Assembly: GCA_964598505.1 (NCBI GenBank)
Contig: CAZRCF010000001.1
Span: forward strand, 73,480 to 137,479
Direction: 5' to 3'
DNA length: 64,000 nucleotides
Source of the DNA: an uncultured Lentimicrobiaceae bacterium
GTDB lineage: Bacteria; Bacteroidota; Bacteroidia; Bacteroidales; WCHB1-69
Shown here: piece by piece, positions 1 to 10,025 of the stretch
Position numbering within the stretch: position 1 is the first letter of the stretch
Layout: the number at the start of each line of letters is the position of its first letter
Translations under genes and position numbers: made by a program
The notes under the pieces: model-generated
Told to the model about the DNA's origin: nothing
Databases searched by the model: none
The model's input: the letters and a program-made list of their open reading frames with translations, nothing else

Positions 1-237
1 AAACAACGTGGAGATGCAATGAGAGCAGCCGAAGTACGGAGAATGAATACAAATATAACAACTGCTACTCCCGCTTCTACTGTTAATAGAGATGATAAAG
101 GTTGGACTACAGGAGGACCGGATGCTTTCTTAAGAGCTGATTTAGGTTCATTTGCGTCTTATTTTAAAATACCTTATCAAAACTTTTCACGTGGATCACA
201 TATGGACAATGGTTTGGCTTCAGCAACATCAGCATAA
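1..237 (+). CDS. C-terminal end of a protein that starts upstream of the window (hypothetical)
   Basis: Frame 1 is open from base 1 to the stop at 235-237. Hairpin 256-302 follows. Confidence 0.4.
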   Translation, partial: KQRGDAMRAAEVRRMNTNITTATPASTVNRDDKGWTTGGPDAFLRADLGSFASYFKIPYQNFSRGSHMDNGLASATSA

Positions 238-255
238 ATAAGTTCGTATATTTTT

Positions 256-302
256 ACCGGCAAGAGTCTTTTAATTATTTCTAATTAAAGACTCTTGCCG
301 GT
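256..302. terminator. Class-I conserved-stem hairpin (ACCGGCAAGAGTCT...AGACTCTTGCCGGT)
   Basis: Inverted repeat of about 21 bp with one bulge, at a gene end. The stem belongs to the CGGCAAGAKCT family. No clear U-tract. Confidence 0.5.
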
Positions 303-333
303 AAACTAAAAATTAATTAAAAGGAGAAATAAT

Positions 334-606
334 ATGATTTCAATTATTAAATATTTAAGTGAAATGTTAGATGATGATGAATCTCACACAGGTCCTTTAG
401 ATAATAAATATAGAAAAGAAATGGGTCCAGAATATGATAGAAGATTACAAATGATGAAAAAAGCAAAAACTGGAGAAGCAAATCCAACTAACACTGGTAT
501 TGGTAAGAAAATTATTAAAAAAGTAATTCCAACACAACAAGAAGGAACTGAACCTGGAACAATAATAAAACCAATAAAAAAGATAATTGATGCTACTCAA
601 CAATAA
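334..606 (+). CDS. hypothetical Lys-rich small protein
   Basis: ORF with AAGGAG RBS 7 nt upstream of the ATG. Confidence 0.5.
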   Translation: MISIIKYLSEMLDDDESHTGPLDNKYRKEMGPEYDRRLQMMKKAKTGEANPTNTGIGKKIIKKVIPTQQEGTEPGTIIKPIKKIIDATQQ

Positions 607-641
607 GATCTTGCTGATTAAAAAGAGTAATTGGAGGAAAA

Positions 642-2483
642 ATGGGTATTATAATAAAACCTACAGAACTTACTGGAATGGATAAAGTTATTGCAGCTGG
701 AAAAACTGTGAGTGCAAAAACATCGGATGCTGCTTCCTCTTTTGGAAGTTGGGGAGCAGATATGGTTGGTTTTGATGCTGCTGGAAATTGGAGTGTTAGT
801 AATATAGGTGGAGCGCCAGCTATAACAGCAGCTACACCAACTGCAGCAACCGCGCCTGTTAAAGAGAGTTCTTGGTTATCAAATGCTGGATTAACAATTT
901 CAAGTGGGGCTTCATCTCTTATTGATAAAGCTTCTGGTGTAGCAGGAGATGTTGGAAAAGCTTTTTCCGATGCCAAAGGAATGGTTACAGATCAAACAAA
1001 TTCAAATAAGAAATCTTTACTTAAAAAAACAATCAATCCTTGGGAAACTAATGAAAATGATAAAAAATATAAAGATCTTTTTCCAATTGGCAGACCTTGT
1101 AAATTTAATGGAACAATTGATCAATACCAAAGATTTGGAAATTATTTAAGATCTAAAATGAGTGTTATTGATCTTATTCCAGTAGACTATGGTATTGATT
1201 TTGCAAATATGGCAAATATGGTTAAAGGACAAGACTTAAATGGAAAAGATAAGGATGGAAAACCATTAGGAAGCATATATTCTATAGGATATGATGAGCG
1301 GATTAAAAAATATGAAGAATTGTGTAAATATCATGGTTTAAAACCGTATGCCGGTATAAGATTATTTACCACTGATGATACAACAGCTAATGATACAATT
1401 CAAGTAAATTATAAAGAAAGTACATTTAAAGGAGTAACAGATTCTCTTTCCAGTGCAGGTCAAACTTTTAGAGATATTGCAAATTCAGCTCTTGGAACTA
1501 GAACTCAGACACTTACACAAGGAATTCAAAAGGAAGTCGATAAAACTGCTGGAGCTGCGTCTGATGCTTTAGGTGGTGGTGCTGGTATGAAAGCAATATT
1601 TGAAGGCGTTGCATCTGTTGGGTCTGATATGGTTTTAAATGGAAATAAAATGACATTTCCTAAAATTTGGCAAGAAACAACATATGATGGAAATCTCAGT
1701 GTTAATATTAGATTAGTTTCTCCATATGGTCATCCCAAAGCTGTTAAAGAATTTATAATGAAACCATTATCATATTTAGTTCTTTTAGCGGCACCACAAA
1801 CAATTAATGGTGTCACATATGGTGGAAGTATTCCTATAACAATTAAAGCATATGGTTTAAATTATACTGTTGTCGGATCAATTGCATCTATAACGTTAAG
1901 AAGAGGTGGAAGTGATACAAGTTTTAATCTTTACAAACAACCATTAACAATAGATGTATCGATCGCTTTTCAAACATTATTTAATGCTTTTGCAGTTTAT
2001 GATCCTACAGTTGTGAAAGGTTTAAAAGCTGATAAAGATATATTTTTAGATCCTAATTTATCAGAAGCTGGATCTTTAAATTTATGGGATACAGCTAATA
2101 AAGATTCTATGATGGTTTCTCTTGGTACTATTCTTGCATCTCTTCGACCGGTTCGAATAGTTGGTATGGATACAAATGTTGATCCGCAAGTTTATGGAAT
2201 GTTTCAAGCACCTTCTAGAACAGATATTCCAGATGCTCCTGGATTTATACCTCTTACAGGAAATTTAGGAAGTTCAATATCTTCAGCAGTTTCTGCTATT
2301 GGTAGTGTTGCAAGTTTAGTAACAAATGCTCCAAAATTAATTCAACAAGGACTTTCAAATGCAGTTTACAATACAGCAAAAAGTTCGGTAACTTCAATCG
2401 CAGGTACAGCTAGTAGTTGGCTTAATAAATCATCATCTGCTGCAACTTCAGTTGTTAATAAAATAAAAGGAAACTTTCTCTAA
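642..2483 (+). CDS. hypothetical protein of the virion module (Gly/Ser/Ala-rich termini)
   Basis: 613-aa ORF with GGAGG RBS, in the structural arm. No motif recognised. Confidence 0.6.
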   Translation: MGIIIKPTELTGMDKVIAAGKTVSAKTSDAASSFGSWGADMVGFDAAGNWSVSNIGGAPAITAATPTAATAPVKESSWLSNAGLTISSGASSLIDKASGVAGDVGKAFSDAKGMVTDQTNSNKKSLLKKTINPWETNENDKKYKDLFPIGRPCKFNGTIDQYQRFGNYLRSKMSVIDLIPVDYGIDFANMANMVKGQDLNGKDKDGKPLGSIYSIGYDERIKKYEELCKYHGLKPYAGIRLFTTDDTTANDTIQVNYKESTFKGVTDSLSSAGQTFRDIANSALGTRTQTLTQGIQKEVDKTAGAASDALGGGAGMKAIFEGVASVGSDMVLNGNKMTFPKIWQETTYDGNLSVNIRLVSPYGHPKAVKEFIMKPLSYLVLLAAPQTINGVTYGGSIPITIKAYGLNYTVVGSIASITLRRGGSDTSFNLYKQPLTIDVSIAFQTLFNAFAVYDPTVVKGLKADKDIFLDPNLSEAGSLNLWDTANKDSMMVSLGTILASLRPVRIVGMDTNVDPQVYGMFQAPSRTDIPDAPGFIPLTGNLGSSISSAVSAIGSVASLVTNAPKLIQQGLSNAVYNTAKSSVTSIAGTASSWLNKSSSAATSVVNKIKGNFL

Positions 2484-2497
2484 TAGGAGAATCGTTA

Positions 2498-4840
2498 ATG
2501 AGTACATTTGCCGATGCATATTCAAGATATTTATCAAACAATTTTAATTATACAAATAAATATAAGACTTTCCGAAAATATTTTAGAAATTCAATTATTT
2601 CTATAACAGACCCAAATTTTATGTCAAAAGCGTTAATTGATAATAAAGATTCTTTTCCAAAATATCCTTATTTTTTTAATGTTTTTGCACGCACAGATTC
2701 TATTAATTTGGTTAAAATTTATAATTCGACAATGGATAATACTGGGAATTTAATGGAGTCTATGGTTGGGTCTTCAGAATTAGCGAAGAAGGAATTTTAT
2801 GATACAGTTCCTTCTTCGCTAGATAGTTTTTTATCAGAAATTAATTTTCAATTTGCATACACCAGTACTCCGATTGATCTTTATAATTATGAATTGATTA
2901 TAAAATCATTTGTAAATGAGTATCAGTATAGAAATTTTTTTAGTGATTTATATGCCCCATTGTTTTATTCTGTTGACCAAATAGAAGGTCAGACTGCGGG
3001 ATTAGAATCAAATAGTTTTCTATATGAGTATATTTTGTACTGTACTTTATATAATACAATGACAATTTCTCATAATATTTATCCTAAAATGTTATTGTAT
3101 TTAACTTATATAAATTCCGAAGCGAATCCAATTGATAGAGTTGATCAACAAGCTATGTTAACTGGATTTTCAACATTTGTTACTAGTTATGCTGATACAA
3201 TAACTACAGATTTAGCAGTTGTTATTGGAAAATCAATGTATGATTTTCAAAATGTTTCAAAAACAATGTTAAAATATTTAACAGAAATAATTTCTGTGGA
3301 ACTTTGTGATTCTGTTAATGGTTTAAATCGAGCATTTTATAATTTTTATAATCCTGTTAAATCTTTAGGACCTATTAATTTTTTGGTTAATAATATTACA
3401 CAACAATTAAATGCTCTTGTTGCAGCGGATCTTGTTACTAAGATTTATACAAATATTAATATTATTGATCAAAATATAATGGATAATAGAACTATAGAAG
3501 AAGATAATATATATTCTGGATTTATGGAGAAACTTTCAGAATCTGAATTAAAAAATTATTTATTTTTATGTTTCTTGTATAAGTTCTGGCCGATAAAATT
3601 TTTAAATATTTTACAATTATCCATTAAAGAATATGTTGAAACTTTAATCAAATCTTCAAATGATAATGTAATGACTCAAGCCAATTATACTACTATTTTT
3701 GAAAATTTTGTTAATAAAGATAATACTAATATTAATTATACTAATTTGAAAATATTTCTAGATGGATATATTTCACCATTAGCAAGTATTGTTGTTGATG
3801 AATATGGAAATAATGCTAAATTTACATTCACAACAGGTTCGACTTTTATTACATGTTCTGATATTGATTCATATAATGCTGTTAATATACATGATTATAT
3901 TTATGCAGATGGTGAATCTTATGAGGTTGGTGGAGATAATAAAAAATACTCAGCTCACGTTGTATCTAAAGTAATTGGAACTCTCACTTTAGTAATTGAT
4001 AATGAATATACAGGATTGATTTCAGGTACGGCTGTTAATGCTTATAGATATTCATTTTCCCCAACAAATTATCTATATAATGCGTTATCAACATCTTATG
4101 TTACTGAATTTTCTTGTATAACATATTATATTTATGTTCTTGAAGAATTTTTCAAATCCACAACTTATAATAATTTTGTTGAAAATTTGACGGAAAAGAT
4201 TTTTACACAACTGAGAGATTCTGGACATATTGATTATACATTTGATTGGTATCAATATCATGATATTATTGATATTTATTTTAAAGTATTTTTAAGATGG
4301 AAATTATTAGATACATCAAAAAGATGTACCCTCTCAACACACGTTAATGCGCATTATAGTTTTACAAAAGATTTAGAGTATGTATATTGCGCTAATATTG
4401 ATTCATATAATTTAATTGCAGATAATACTTTTATATTTTCTGGTCAAGATACAATTGATAATGCAGTTCAAGTTATCGGACATCAAATTGTTGGAAACAA
4501 ATATGTTTTGAATTTAAATTCACATTATCTAGGAACAACAACAGATGTTGGAACAAATGATGTTGCTTACTCTTTTTTATCAACAGATAGCTTATTATTT
4601 GATAATGTGACAAAGAATCTTACAGGTAAATTATTACCACTATTTTTGACAAATTCAAGTCTAGTTCCTGAATATGATATTAATACCTCAATTCCAAGTG
4701 TGGAGGATTTGCAAAATTATTTTAAATCATATTCAAATTCAAATTCATTTGCAAGAAGTATGAATCAATTTAATGAAAATATGATGACTTCAACTGTGAC
4801 AAGAGAAATAATTTATAGCGTTCTATCAGAGTTCGTATAA
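2498..4840 (+). CDS. hypothetical large protein of the virion module
   Basis: 780-aa ORF with AGGAG RBS, tightly coupled to the upstream gene. Confidence 0.6.
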   Translation: MSTFADAYSRYLSNNFNYTNKYKTFRKYFRNSIISITDPNFMSKALIDNKDSFPKYPYFFNVFARTDSINLVKIYNSTMDNTGNLMESMVGSSELAKKEFYDTVPSSLDSFLSEINFQFAYTSTPIDLYNYELIIKSFVNEYQYRNFFSDLYAPLFYSVDQIEGQTAGLESNSFLYEYILYCTLYNTMTISHNIYPKMLLYLTYINSEANPIDRVDQQAMLTGFSTFVTSYADTITTDLAVVIGKSMYDFQNVSKTMLKYLTEIISVELCDSVNGLNRAFYNFYNPVKSLGPINFLVNNITQQLNALVAADLVTKIYTNINIIDQNIMDNRTIEEDNIYSGFMEKLSESELKNYLFLCFLYKFWPIKFLNILQLSIKEYVETLIKSSNDNVMTQANYTTIFENFVNKDNTNINYTNLKIFLDGYISPLASIVVDEYGNNAKFTFTTGSTFITCSDIDSYNAVNIHDYIYADGESYEVGGDNKKYSAHVVSKVIGTLTLVIDNEYTGLISGTAVNAYRYSFSPTNYLYNALSTSYVTEFSCITYYIYVLEEFFKSTTYNNFVENLTEKIFTQLRDSGHIDYTFDWYQYHDIIDIYFKVFLRWKLLDTSKRCTLSTHVNAHYSFTKDLEYVYCANIDSYNLIADNTFIFSGQDTIDNAVQVIGHQIVGNKYVLNLNSHYLGTTTDVGTNDVAYSFLSTDSLLFDNVTKNLTGKLLPLFLTNSSLVPEYDINTSIPSVEDLQNYFKSYSNSNSFARSMNQFNENMMTSTVTREIIYSVLSEFV

Positions 4841-4850
4841 AAATTCTAAA

Positions 4851-4871
4851 TTTATATAGAAATATTATTTT
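4851..4871 (+). promoter_or_regulatory. conserved promoter-like box (sense consensus TTTCATATAGAAATwAT)
   Basis: TTTATATAGAAATATTATTTT reads in sense orientation on the + strand, 30 nt upstream of the 4901 start. It is the same box as the 11 copies in the minus-strand arm. Confidence 0.5.
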
Positions 4872-4900
4872 GTAAGGTTAGACCAAGGAGGATATTTTAA

Positions 4901-5113
4901 ATGTTATCTATCTTAAAATTATTTGAAGTAACAAAATATGCTGATCCAGCAGAAGCTCCTACTAAGGAAAGAAATGAGTATGTTAAGCAGAGAAAGGCTA
5001 CATTGCGCAAAATGATAGGGAAACCGGGTCAGAATACTGCTGATTTATTACTTCAATTAAAAGATATTGAAAAAACTAAAAATGATATGGGTTGGGGAAA
5101 AACTAAATTTTAA
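4901..5113 (+). CDS. hypothetical protein
   Basis: 70-aa ORF with AAGGAGG RBS. Confidence 0.55.
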   Translation: MLSILKLFEVTKYADPAEAPTKERNEYVKQRKATLRKMIGKPGQNTADLLLQLKDIEKTKNDMGWGKTKF

Positions 5114-5146
5114 TTTTTTAAACTAGAAAAGAAAGAGGAGGCAAAT

Positions 5147-7048
5147 TTGAACATACCAGGACATGGAGGTATTAGAGATCAACGAACACTTTTGAAAGCA
5201 TTTATTTCAACATTTACATCTGAAGAATTTATGATAGATTTAGTTAGAATTGTTTTACATCCTTCAGAATTTGGTGCTTTCACATCTGAGAAATCTAATT
5301 CGGCAATTGATTATATTAAAGATTTTCTAAAAGGATTAGGGGAGACATCCAGAAGATTACAATTGCCAACAGCTAAAAACATTCAAAGTCAAATTCAAGT
5401 TGTTAATACATTATTGACTATACGAGAATCTAGTTCAAGTCTTTTGACCTACGAAAATGTATTTCAACATTTAGCAACCAGAGATTTGATGACAACGAAA
5501 TTAATTCAGAAAGCAGTTGAGACTAAATTAACAGAAGATGATCAATTTAGAAAATTAACTGATACTGTAATTGATATTATTCATGCTTATTATGAAGTGA
5601 TATCAGTTAGTTCAACAATTACATTATTAGATAATTTACAGGAATCTATTTCTGATAATAATTTGACTCCATTTGAAGCTTTGAAGAATTATAAGGATTT
5701 AGTTATTGCCGCTTATAATGATTTATCAAAACTTCAATCATTATCTAAAGCAGAATCTGTTGCTGATTATTTTATTATTTCTGATGAAAATTCCTGCGAA
5801 ACTTTAGCCAATACTCTTGTTACTTATATTTCAAAAGGATTTTCAGTTTTTAAAACAGGGTTTGATATATTTGATTCTGTTTTAAATGGTGTAGAAAGTT
5901 CTAGTGTTCATTTGTTAGCTGCGCCGTCAAATCATGGTAAATCTATTATGTGTATTAATATGTGTAAGAGAATGATTGAACAAAATATCTCAGATTTAGA
6001 TAAAAAAGATGCAATTATATTTCTTACACTAGAGGACGATATACACAAGTTAAGTAGACGGTTTATTTCTATCTTTGGTAACTATAAATTTGCTGCGATC
6101 CAACAATTATTTGCTAAAGCGTATGAAGTAACTAGATCACAACAAATTATGGGAATGTCAGTTGATAATAGTGAACAGTTAGTTACTTCACTTCAGAAGA
6201 TGTTTAAGATGTTACTTAAAGCAAGTATGTTAAAGGTTACACAGGGTAAATGTAGCTTAATTCTTAAACACGCTAATGAAAATACTTTCACTCCAGGCGA
6301 TCTTGGTAGATTTATTGATCGTCTAAAAGTTGAAGGATATAAGACGAAGCTCGTGTTTGTAGATTATATTGATACAATGTCGCCAACTACTGCTGTCTTT
6401 GGAAATAAGAGCGAATACGACAGTCAAGGAGCAATAGTTCAGGAGTTGAGAAACTTATCTCGAATTCATGGAATACCTGTTATTAGTCCGACTCAGAATC
6501 AAAGAGATTCTGAAGATGTGACCAAGTTACAGAGCAATAAACTAATCGGTGATAGTTATAAGAAAATTCGTTACTCTGATTTTATTTATATGATGAGAAT
6601 GAGAGAAGATAAAAATTTCTTATCAGAAGGAGTTCGAGAACAAGTTGTAACTAAAAAGAAGTCTGCTGATGGGATGCCACAAGATTCTGTTTCCCCAGAA
6701 GTATTAGCAATTAGGGATAAGTTGTCTGACGTTCTTGTACCATTAGAAATTAAGATAACAAAATCTAAGGACTCAGAAAAGAATAAATCAAGATTTTTAT
6801 TATTCTGTAAAGAGAATTTAAGAATTTATAATAATATTGATGAATATATTAAAGATGCACCGATGCTTAAAACTGCGAGCTCATCATTGGAAAGAGATAT
6901 TGATTTGTTAGTTAATCAGGCAATTACAAGTGTAGTGTCGACTGATTTTATGGAGATGACACCTGCTACTCCTGGATTAGCTGAAGTATTATATACAGAA
7001 CAGACTAATATTTTTCAAGTAGATGATGCATCAAATATGTTTCAATAA
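5147..7048 (+). CDS. DnaB/gp41-family (SF4, RecA-fold) helicase-like ATPase
   Basis: Walker A is APSNHGKS and Walker B-like is LVFVDYIDTM. The DnaB H3-like string is SPTQNQRDSE. TTG start with AGAGGAGG RBS. The N-terminal ~250 aa are unassigned. Confidence 0.6.
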   Translation: MNIPGHGGIRDQRTLLKAFISTFTSEEFMIDLVRIVLHPSEFGAFTSEKSNSAIDYIKDFLKGLGETSRRLQLPTAKNIQSQIQVVNTLLTIRESSSSLLTYENVFQHLATRDLMTTKLIQKAVETKLTEDDQFRKLTDTVIDIIHAYYEVISVSSTITLLDNLQESISDNNLTPFEALKNYKDLVIAAYNDLSKLQSLSKAESVADYFIISDENSCETLANTLVTYISKGFSVFKTGFDIFDSVLNGVESSSVHLLAAPSNHGKSIMCINMCKRMIEQNISDLDKKDAIIFLTLEDDIHKLSRRFISIFGNYKFAAIQQLFAKAYEVTRSQQIMGMSVDNSEQLVTSLQKMFKMLLKASMLKVTQGKCSLILKHANENTFTPGDLGRFIDRLKVEGYKTKLVFVDYIDTMSPTTAVFGNKSEYDSQGAIVQELRNLSRIHGIPVISPTQNQRDSEDVTKLQSNKLIGDSYKKIRYSDFIYMMRMREDKNFLSEGVREQVVTKKKSADGMPQDSVSPEVLAIRDKLSDVLVPLEIKITKSKDSEKNKSRFLLFCKENLRIYNNIDEYIKDAPMLKTASSSLERDIDLLVNQAITSVVSTDFMEMTPATPGLAEVLYTEQTNIFQVDDASNMFQ

Positions 7049-7056
7049 ATGATTTT

Positions 7057-7092
7057 GACCGACGAGATCACTATTCGATCTCGTCGGTCTTT
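7057..7092 (+). terminator. rho-independent terminator
   Basis: 13-bp perfect stem GACCGACGAGATC/GATCTCGTCGGTC followed by TTT, 9 nt after the stop. Confidence 0.65.
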
Positions 7093-7180
7093 AAAAATGA
7101 GAACCCTTTGTAATAAAACCTGTTAACGGTATGCATTTTCAGGTGGGTAAAACGGGCTAACTATATTGTATCCGGGAACT

Positions 7181-7211
7181 GTGTTTGTCTGATTCGAAAC
7201 AGACCAGACAC
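7181..7211 (+). other. hairpin with a T-loop-like loop (tRNA acceptor/T-arm minihelix-like)
   Basis: GTGTTTG-TCTG ATTCGAAA CAGA-C-CAGACAC forms about 11 bp with one bulge, in a 200-nt intergenic gap. Confidence 0.3.
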
Positions 7212-7255
7212 TTAAAGTTAAAACAAATTTAAAAATATTTAATGGAGGATTCTAC

Positions 7256-7519
7256 ATGTTACGTGAGTTTGTAAAATTGGTCGACGAGGCCGTGGATGAC
7301 GGATTCAACAGGGGTCTAAATTTGTTTATGGAAAATTTAGAAGAAGATCTTATTAAATCAGAAGTTATTTCTGAAAATGGTGGTGTTGATAATGTTTTTG
7401 CCGCTATTCTAGAAGCAGATGGTTATGAAGTTGAACTTCATGATGAAGAGCTTCAGAATCTTGATGAAAGTAAAATTGATGCAATGCTAGAACATTTCAA
7501 AAAAGAAGGTGTGGTCTAA
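7256..7519 (+). CDS. hypothetical acidic protein
   Basis: 87-aa ORF with GGAGG RBS. Confidence 0.55.
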   Translation: MLREFVKLVDEAVDDGFNRGLNLFMENLEEDLIKSEVISENGGVDNVFAAILEADGYEVELHDEELQNLDESKIDAMLEHFKKEGVV

Positions 7520-7525
7520 AAGAAA

Positions 7526-7909
7526 ATGGATAAATATATACTTCTTATAAACTTCTTGATCTTAATTGGTGTATCAATAATAATATTTTATTTTATTAGT
7601 GTTAAATTATCAAAAGATCGAGAAAGCGAATTTTTGGTGAATTACAAGGTATTAGAAACAACTATTGAATTGTATAAGGAATCTATTTTATTAAGTAGAA
7701 TTAATATGTTGAGATCTAAATATGATCTTAACGAAAAGTCACCAACAAATTCTAGACAGGCATTTGAAACAGCTAAAAACGAGCTAATTTCAGGAACTGT
7801 TAAAGAGATTATAAAAGATTATTTATCAAAAGAATGTGTAAATTCGTTATTAAGATACTATAGTGTAGATGGACTGAGTTTGTTGATTATAACTCATTTA
7901 AAAAGGTAA
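7526..7909 (+). CDS. hypothetical membrane-anchored protein
   Basis: 127-aa ORF with a hydrophobic N-terminal segment (LLINFLILIGVSIIIFYFI). Confidence 0.55.
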   Translation: MDKYILLINFLILIGVSIIIFYFISVKLSKDRESEFLVNYKVLETTIELYKESILLSRINMLRSKYDLNEKSPTNSRQAFETAKNELISGTVKEIIKDYLSKECVNSLLRYYSVDGLSLLIITHLKR

Positions 7910-7918
7910 TGTGAGAAA

Positions 7919-10009
7919 ATGGGATTTTTTAGTAGCTTTTTTGGAGATAGTGAGTTAAACAATATTGATGCTCGAATCGATAATGTGATTAATAATTTAC
8001 CAGGAGCTGGTTCAGTAGTACAACCAGATACTATTTCTGGAGATTTTATTAATGCATTTATACAAGAAGCACCAAAAACTGAAATCGACAGACTTCTTGA
8101 CAGTGTATCTGTGTCCAGAGAAAGATTAGAAAGATACAATGTATATGACGAAGCATTTAAATATGTTCCAATTATTAAAAGAATCTTAACAGTATATATA
8201 TCTAATATTCTGCAAAAGAATCCAGTTACAGGAAAATGTCTTCTTATAAAAGAAGCAGAAGATTTAACTGGGGAGAAAAAAGCAGACAATGATACTATAG
8301 ATAAAGCTAAAAAATTTGCTGATGAATGTATGAAAGCTTTTGATATAATTGTTAAGCTTCGTAAGAAGATCTTGCCGAATGAATTAGTATATGGTGATTG
8401 TTTTGTAGAAATTTTAAGTTTAGTCGAAGAAGGAAAGAAAAAAGTAGATCCAAATGCTTCTTTTTCAAATATTGCTTCTGCTATGCCATTATTTGAAGCA
8501 GAATTATCAAATATTAATAAAACAATAGAACAATTGAAATTTCAAAAAGATTACAATGGACAGACAGCCAAAAGTGATCAACTTGATAGACTTTTAATTA
8601 AACTTAGTGAGTATTTTATTGATGTTCAAACACCATCTATCTCTACAAATGTTATAACTGAAGTTGAGATAGATCAAAACACATCAAAGAATGATTCCAA
8701 ACAATCTAGTGATTCCAATAAAGAAACAGAAGAAGACGTCATAACATATAATGATGTTCTTATGAAAATTCACAAACCCCATAGGGTAATAGTTTTGGAA
8801 ACAGATTTTGGATCGTTACTTGGATATTTGATTATAACAAGAGATGAAGTACCACAAACAATTAATCTAACTCAATCACTTTCAACTTTAGTTGGTAGAA
8901 TAACAACTTTACATGGTTTAGATCAAAAATCTGAAAATGTTATTGTTGATAAATTAGTTAGATATATGCTTAAAACCGTATTAGATAAAACTCAGAAATC
9001 TGGTCAGATTAATCAAGCTCAGAATATTGATGAATTATTATCTGGATTACCTCCAGAAGTCCATCAGTATATGAAGAGATTGTTTGTTGAGCAAGGACTT
9101 GCATCTAAAGGTACATTTTATAACAGAATGAGGGTAAGATTTGTTCCTTCAAGTGATATGATTGCCTTTACAATTCCTTCTGCTGAACACGATCCTTACG
9201 GTCAGAGTTTTATTGATGCTTTAGTTTTTCCGTGTAAGCTGTATATTCTGTCACAGTTAAGTAACATTATTATCAAGTTATCACGAGCTGCACCCGTTAG
9301 AAAATGGACGCTAGATATAGGTCAAACACAGATGCAGGCTGGTATGATTCAGAAGTTGAAGCGTGAGCTTTATAACACACGTATTACACTTGATGATTTG
9401 AGTAGCTTTAAGAGCATTCCTAAGATCTTAAGTGATTTCAAAGATATGTTTATATTAAGTAAAGGTGGGCAGAAGGCAATTGACGTCGAGGTTGCTTCTC
9501 ATGGTGATCCAACAATCCGCGTAGCTGATCTTGAGGACTCACGTAGAGAAATTATGAGTCTTTCGGGGATTCCACCGGCATATTTAGGTTACGCTGACGT
9601 GATCGAATTGCGTGAACAGCTTGTTCATACGAATGTGGCTTTCGCAACAGAAATTGCAGATATTCAAGAAGGAGTATCAAAAGGATTAACTAAATTAGTT
9701 GACTTGGTAGCAAGTCATAAAAAATTGGGATTCGTACCCTCTCATTACATTTCTGTTCAATTGATTCCACCGGTAGTATTAATGGTTCAATTGATTGAAA
9801 TGACATTATCATCTATTGGTAATATGACAAGTGCACTCCAAAGCATGAATATACCTTTTGATCCATATTTCTTATTAGAGAAGTACATTCCCTATATTGA
9901 TTGGAGATCTTTTAAAGAAAAAGCAGTACAATTTAGAACAGAAATGGATACAGAGGCAACTCTAAATTCTGGTAATTCTCCTCCTGGTGGTTTTCCAGGT
10001 GGACAATAA
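7919..10009 (+). CDS. portal protein (assigned by position and size)
   Basis: 696-aa ORF immediately upstream of the prohead-core, protease and capsid genes, as in the T4-type head module order. Confidence 0.6.
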   Translation: MGFFSSFFGDSELNNIDARIDNVINNLPGAGSVVQPDTISGDFINAFIQEAPKTEIDRLLDSVSVSRERLERYNVYDEAFKYVPIIKRILTVYISNILQKNPVTGKCLLIKEAEDLTGEKKADNDTIDKAKKFADECMKAFDIIVKLRKKILPNELVYGDCFVEILSLVEEGKKKVDPNASFSNIASAMPLFEAELSNINKTIEQLKFQKDYNGQTAKSDQLDRLLIKLSEYFIDVQTPSISTNVITEVEIDQNTSKNDSKQSSDSNKETEEDVITYNDVLMKIHKPHRVIVLETDFGSLLGYLIITRDEVPQTINLTQSLSTLVGRITTLHGLDQKSENVIVDKLVRYMLKTVLDKTQKSGQINQAQNIDELLSGLPPEVHQYMKRLFVEQGLASKGTFYNRMRVRFVPSSDMIAFTIPSAEHDPYGQSFIDALVFPCKLYILSQLSNIIIKLSRAAPVRKWTLDIGQTQMQAGMIQKLKRELYNTRITLDDLSSFKSIPKILSDFKDMFILSKGGQKAIDVEVASHGDPTIRVADLEDSRREIMSLSGIPPAYLGYADVIELREQLVHTNVAFATEIADIQEGVSKGLTKLVDLVASHKKLGFVPSHYISVQLIPPVVLMVQLIEMTLSSIGNMTSALQSMNIPFDPYFLLEKYIPYIDWRSFKEKAVQFRTEMDTEATLNSGNSPPGGFPGGQ

Positions 10010-10025
10010 GATGTAGGAGGTAGCT

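Noticed and set aside
593-976. Many six-frame ORFs of 60-130 aa lie antisense to or nested inside long genes. Examples are 593..976(-), 949..1149, 3789..3974, 7894..8289(-), 10024..10272(-), 13656..13838(-), 14292..14570(-), 18572..18772(-), 19861..20061(-), 23647..23841, 25998..26222, 26790..26972, 27230..27433(-), 28881..29063, 29202..29411, 29834..30034, 33691..33891(-), 34155..34445, 36777..36977, 38226..38426, 39087..39278, 39947..40177, 40585..40824, 43060..43263, 44497..44769, 47180..47374, 47997..48230, 50332..50571, 54387..54665, 54455..54742(-), 56155..56343, 58759..58965, 58803..59096, 60025..60210, 60675..60908 and 62879..63073.
   Set aside because: Each overlaps a longer ORF that has an RBS and recognisable motifs or fits the operon packing. 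They lack RBSs and have low-complexity Leu/Ile/Phe/Ser-rich translations typical of the antisense frame of AT-rich genes.
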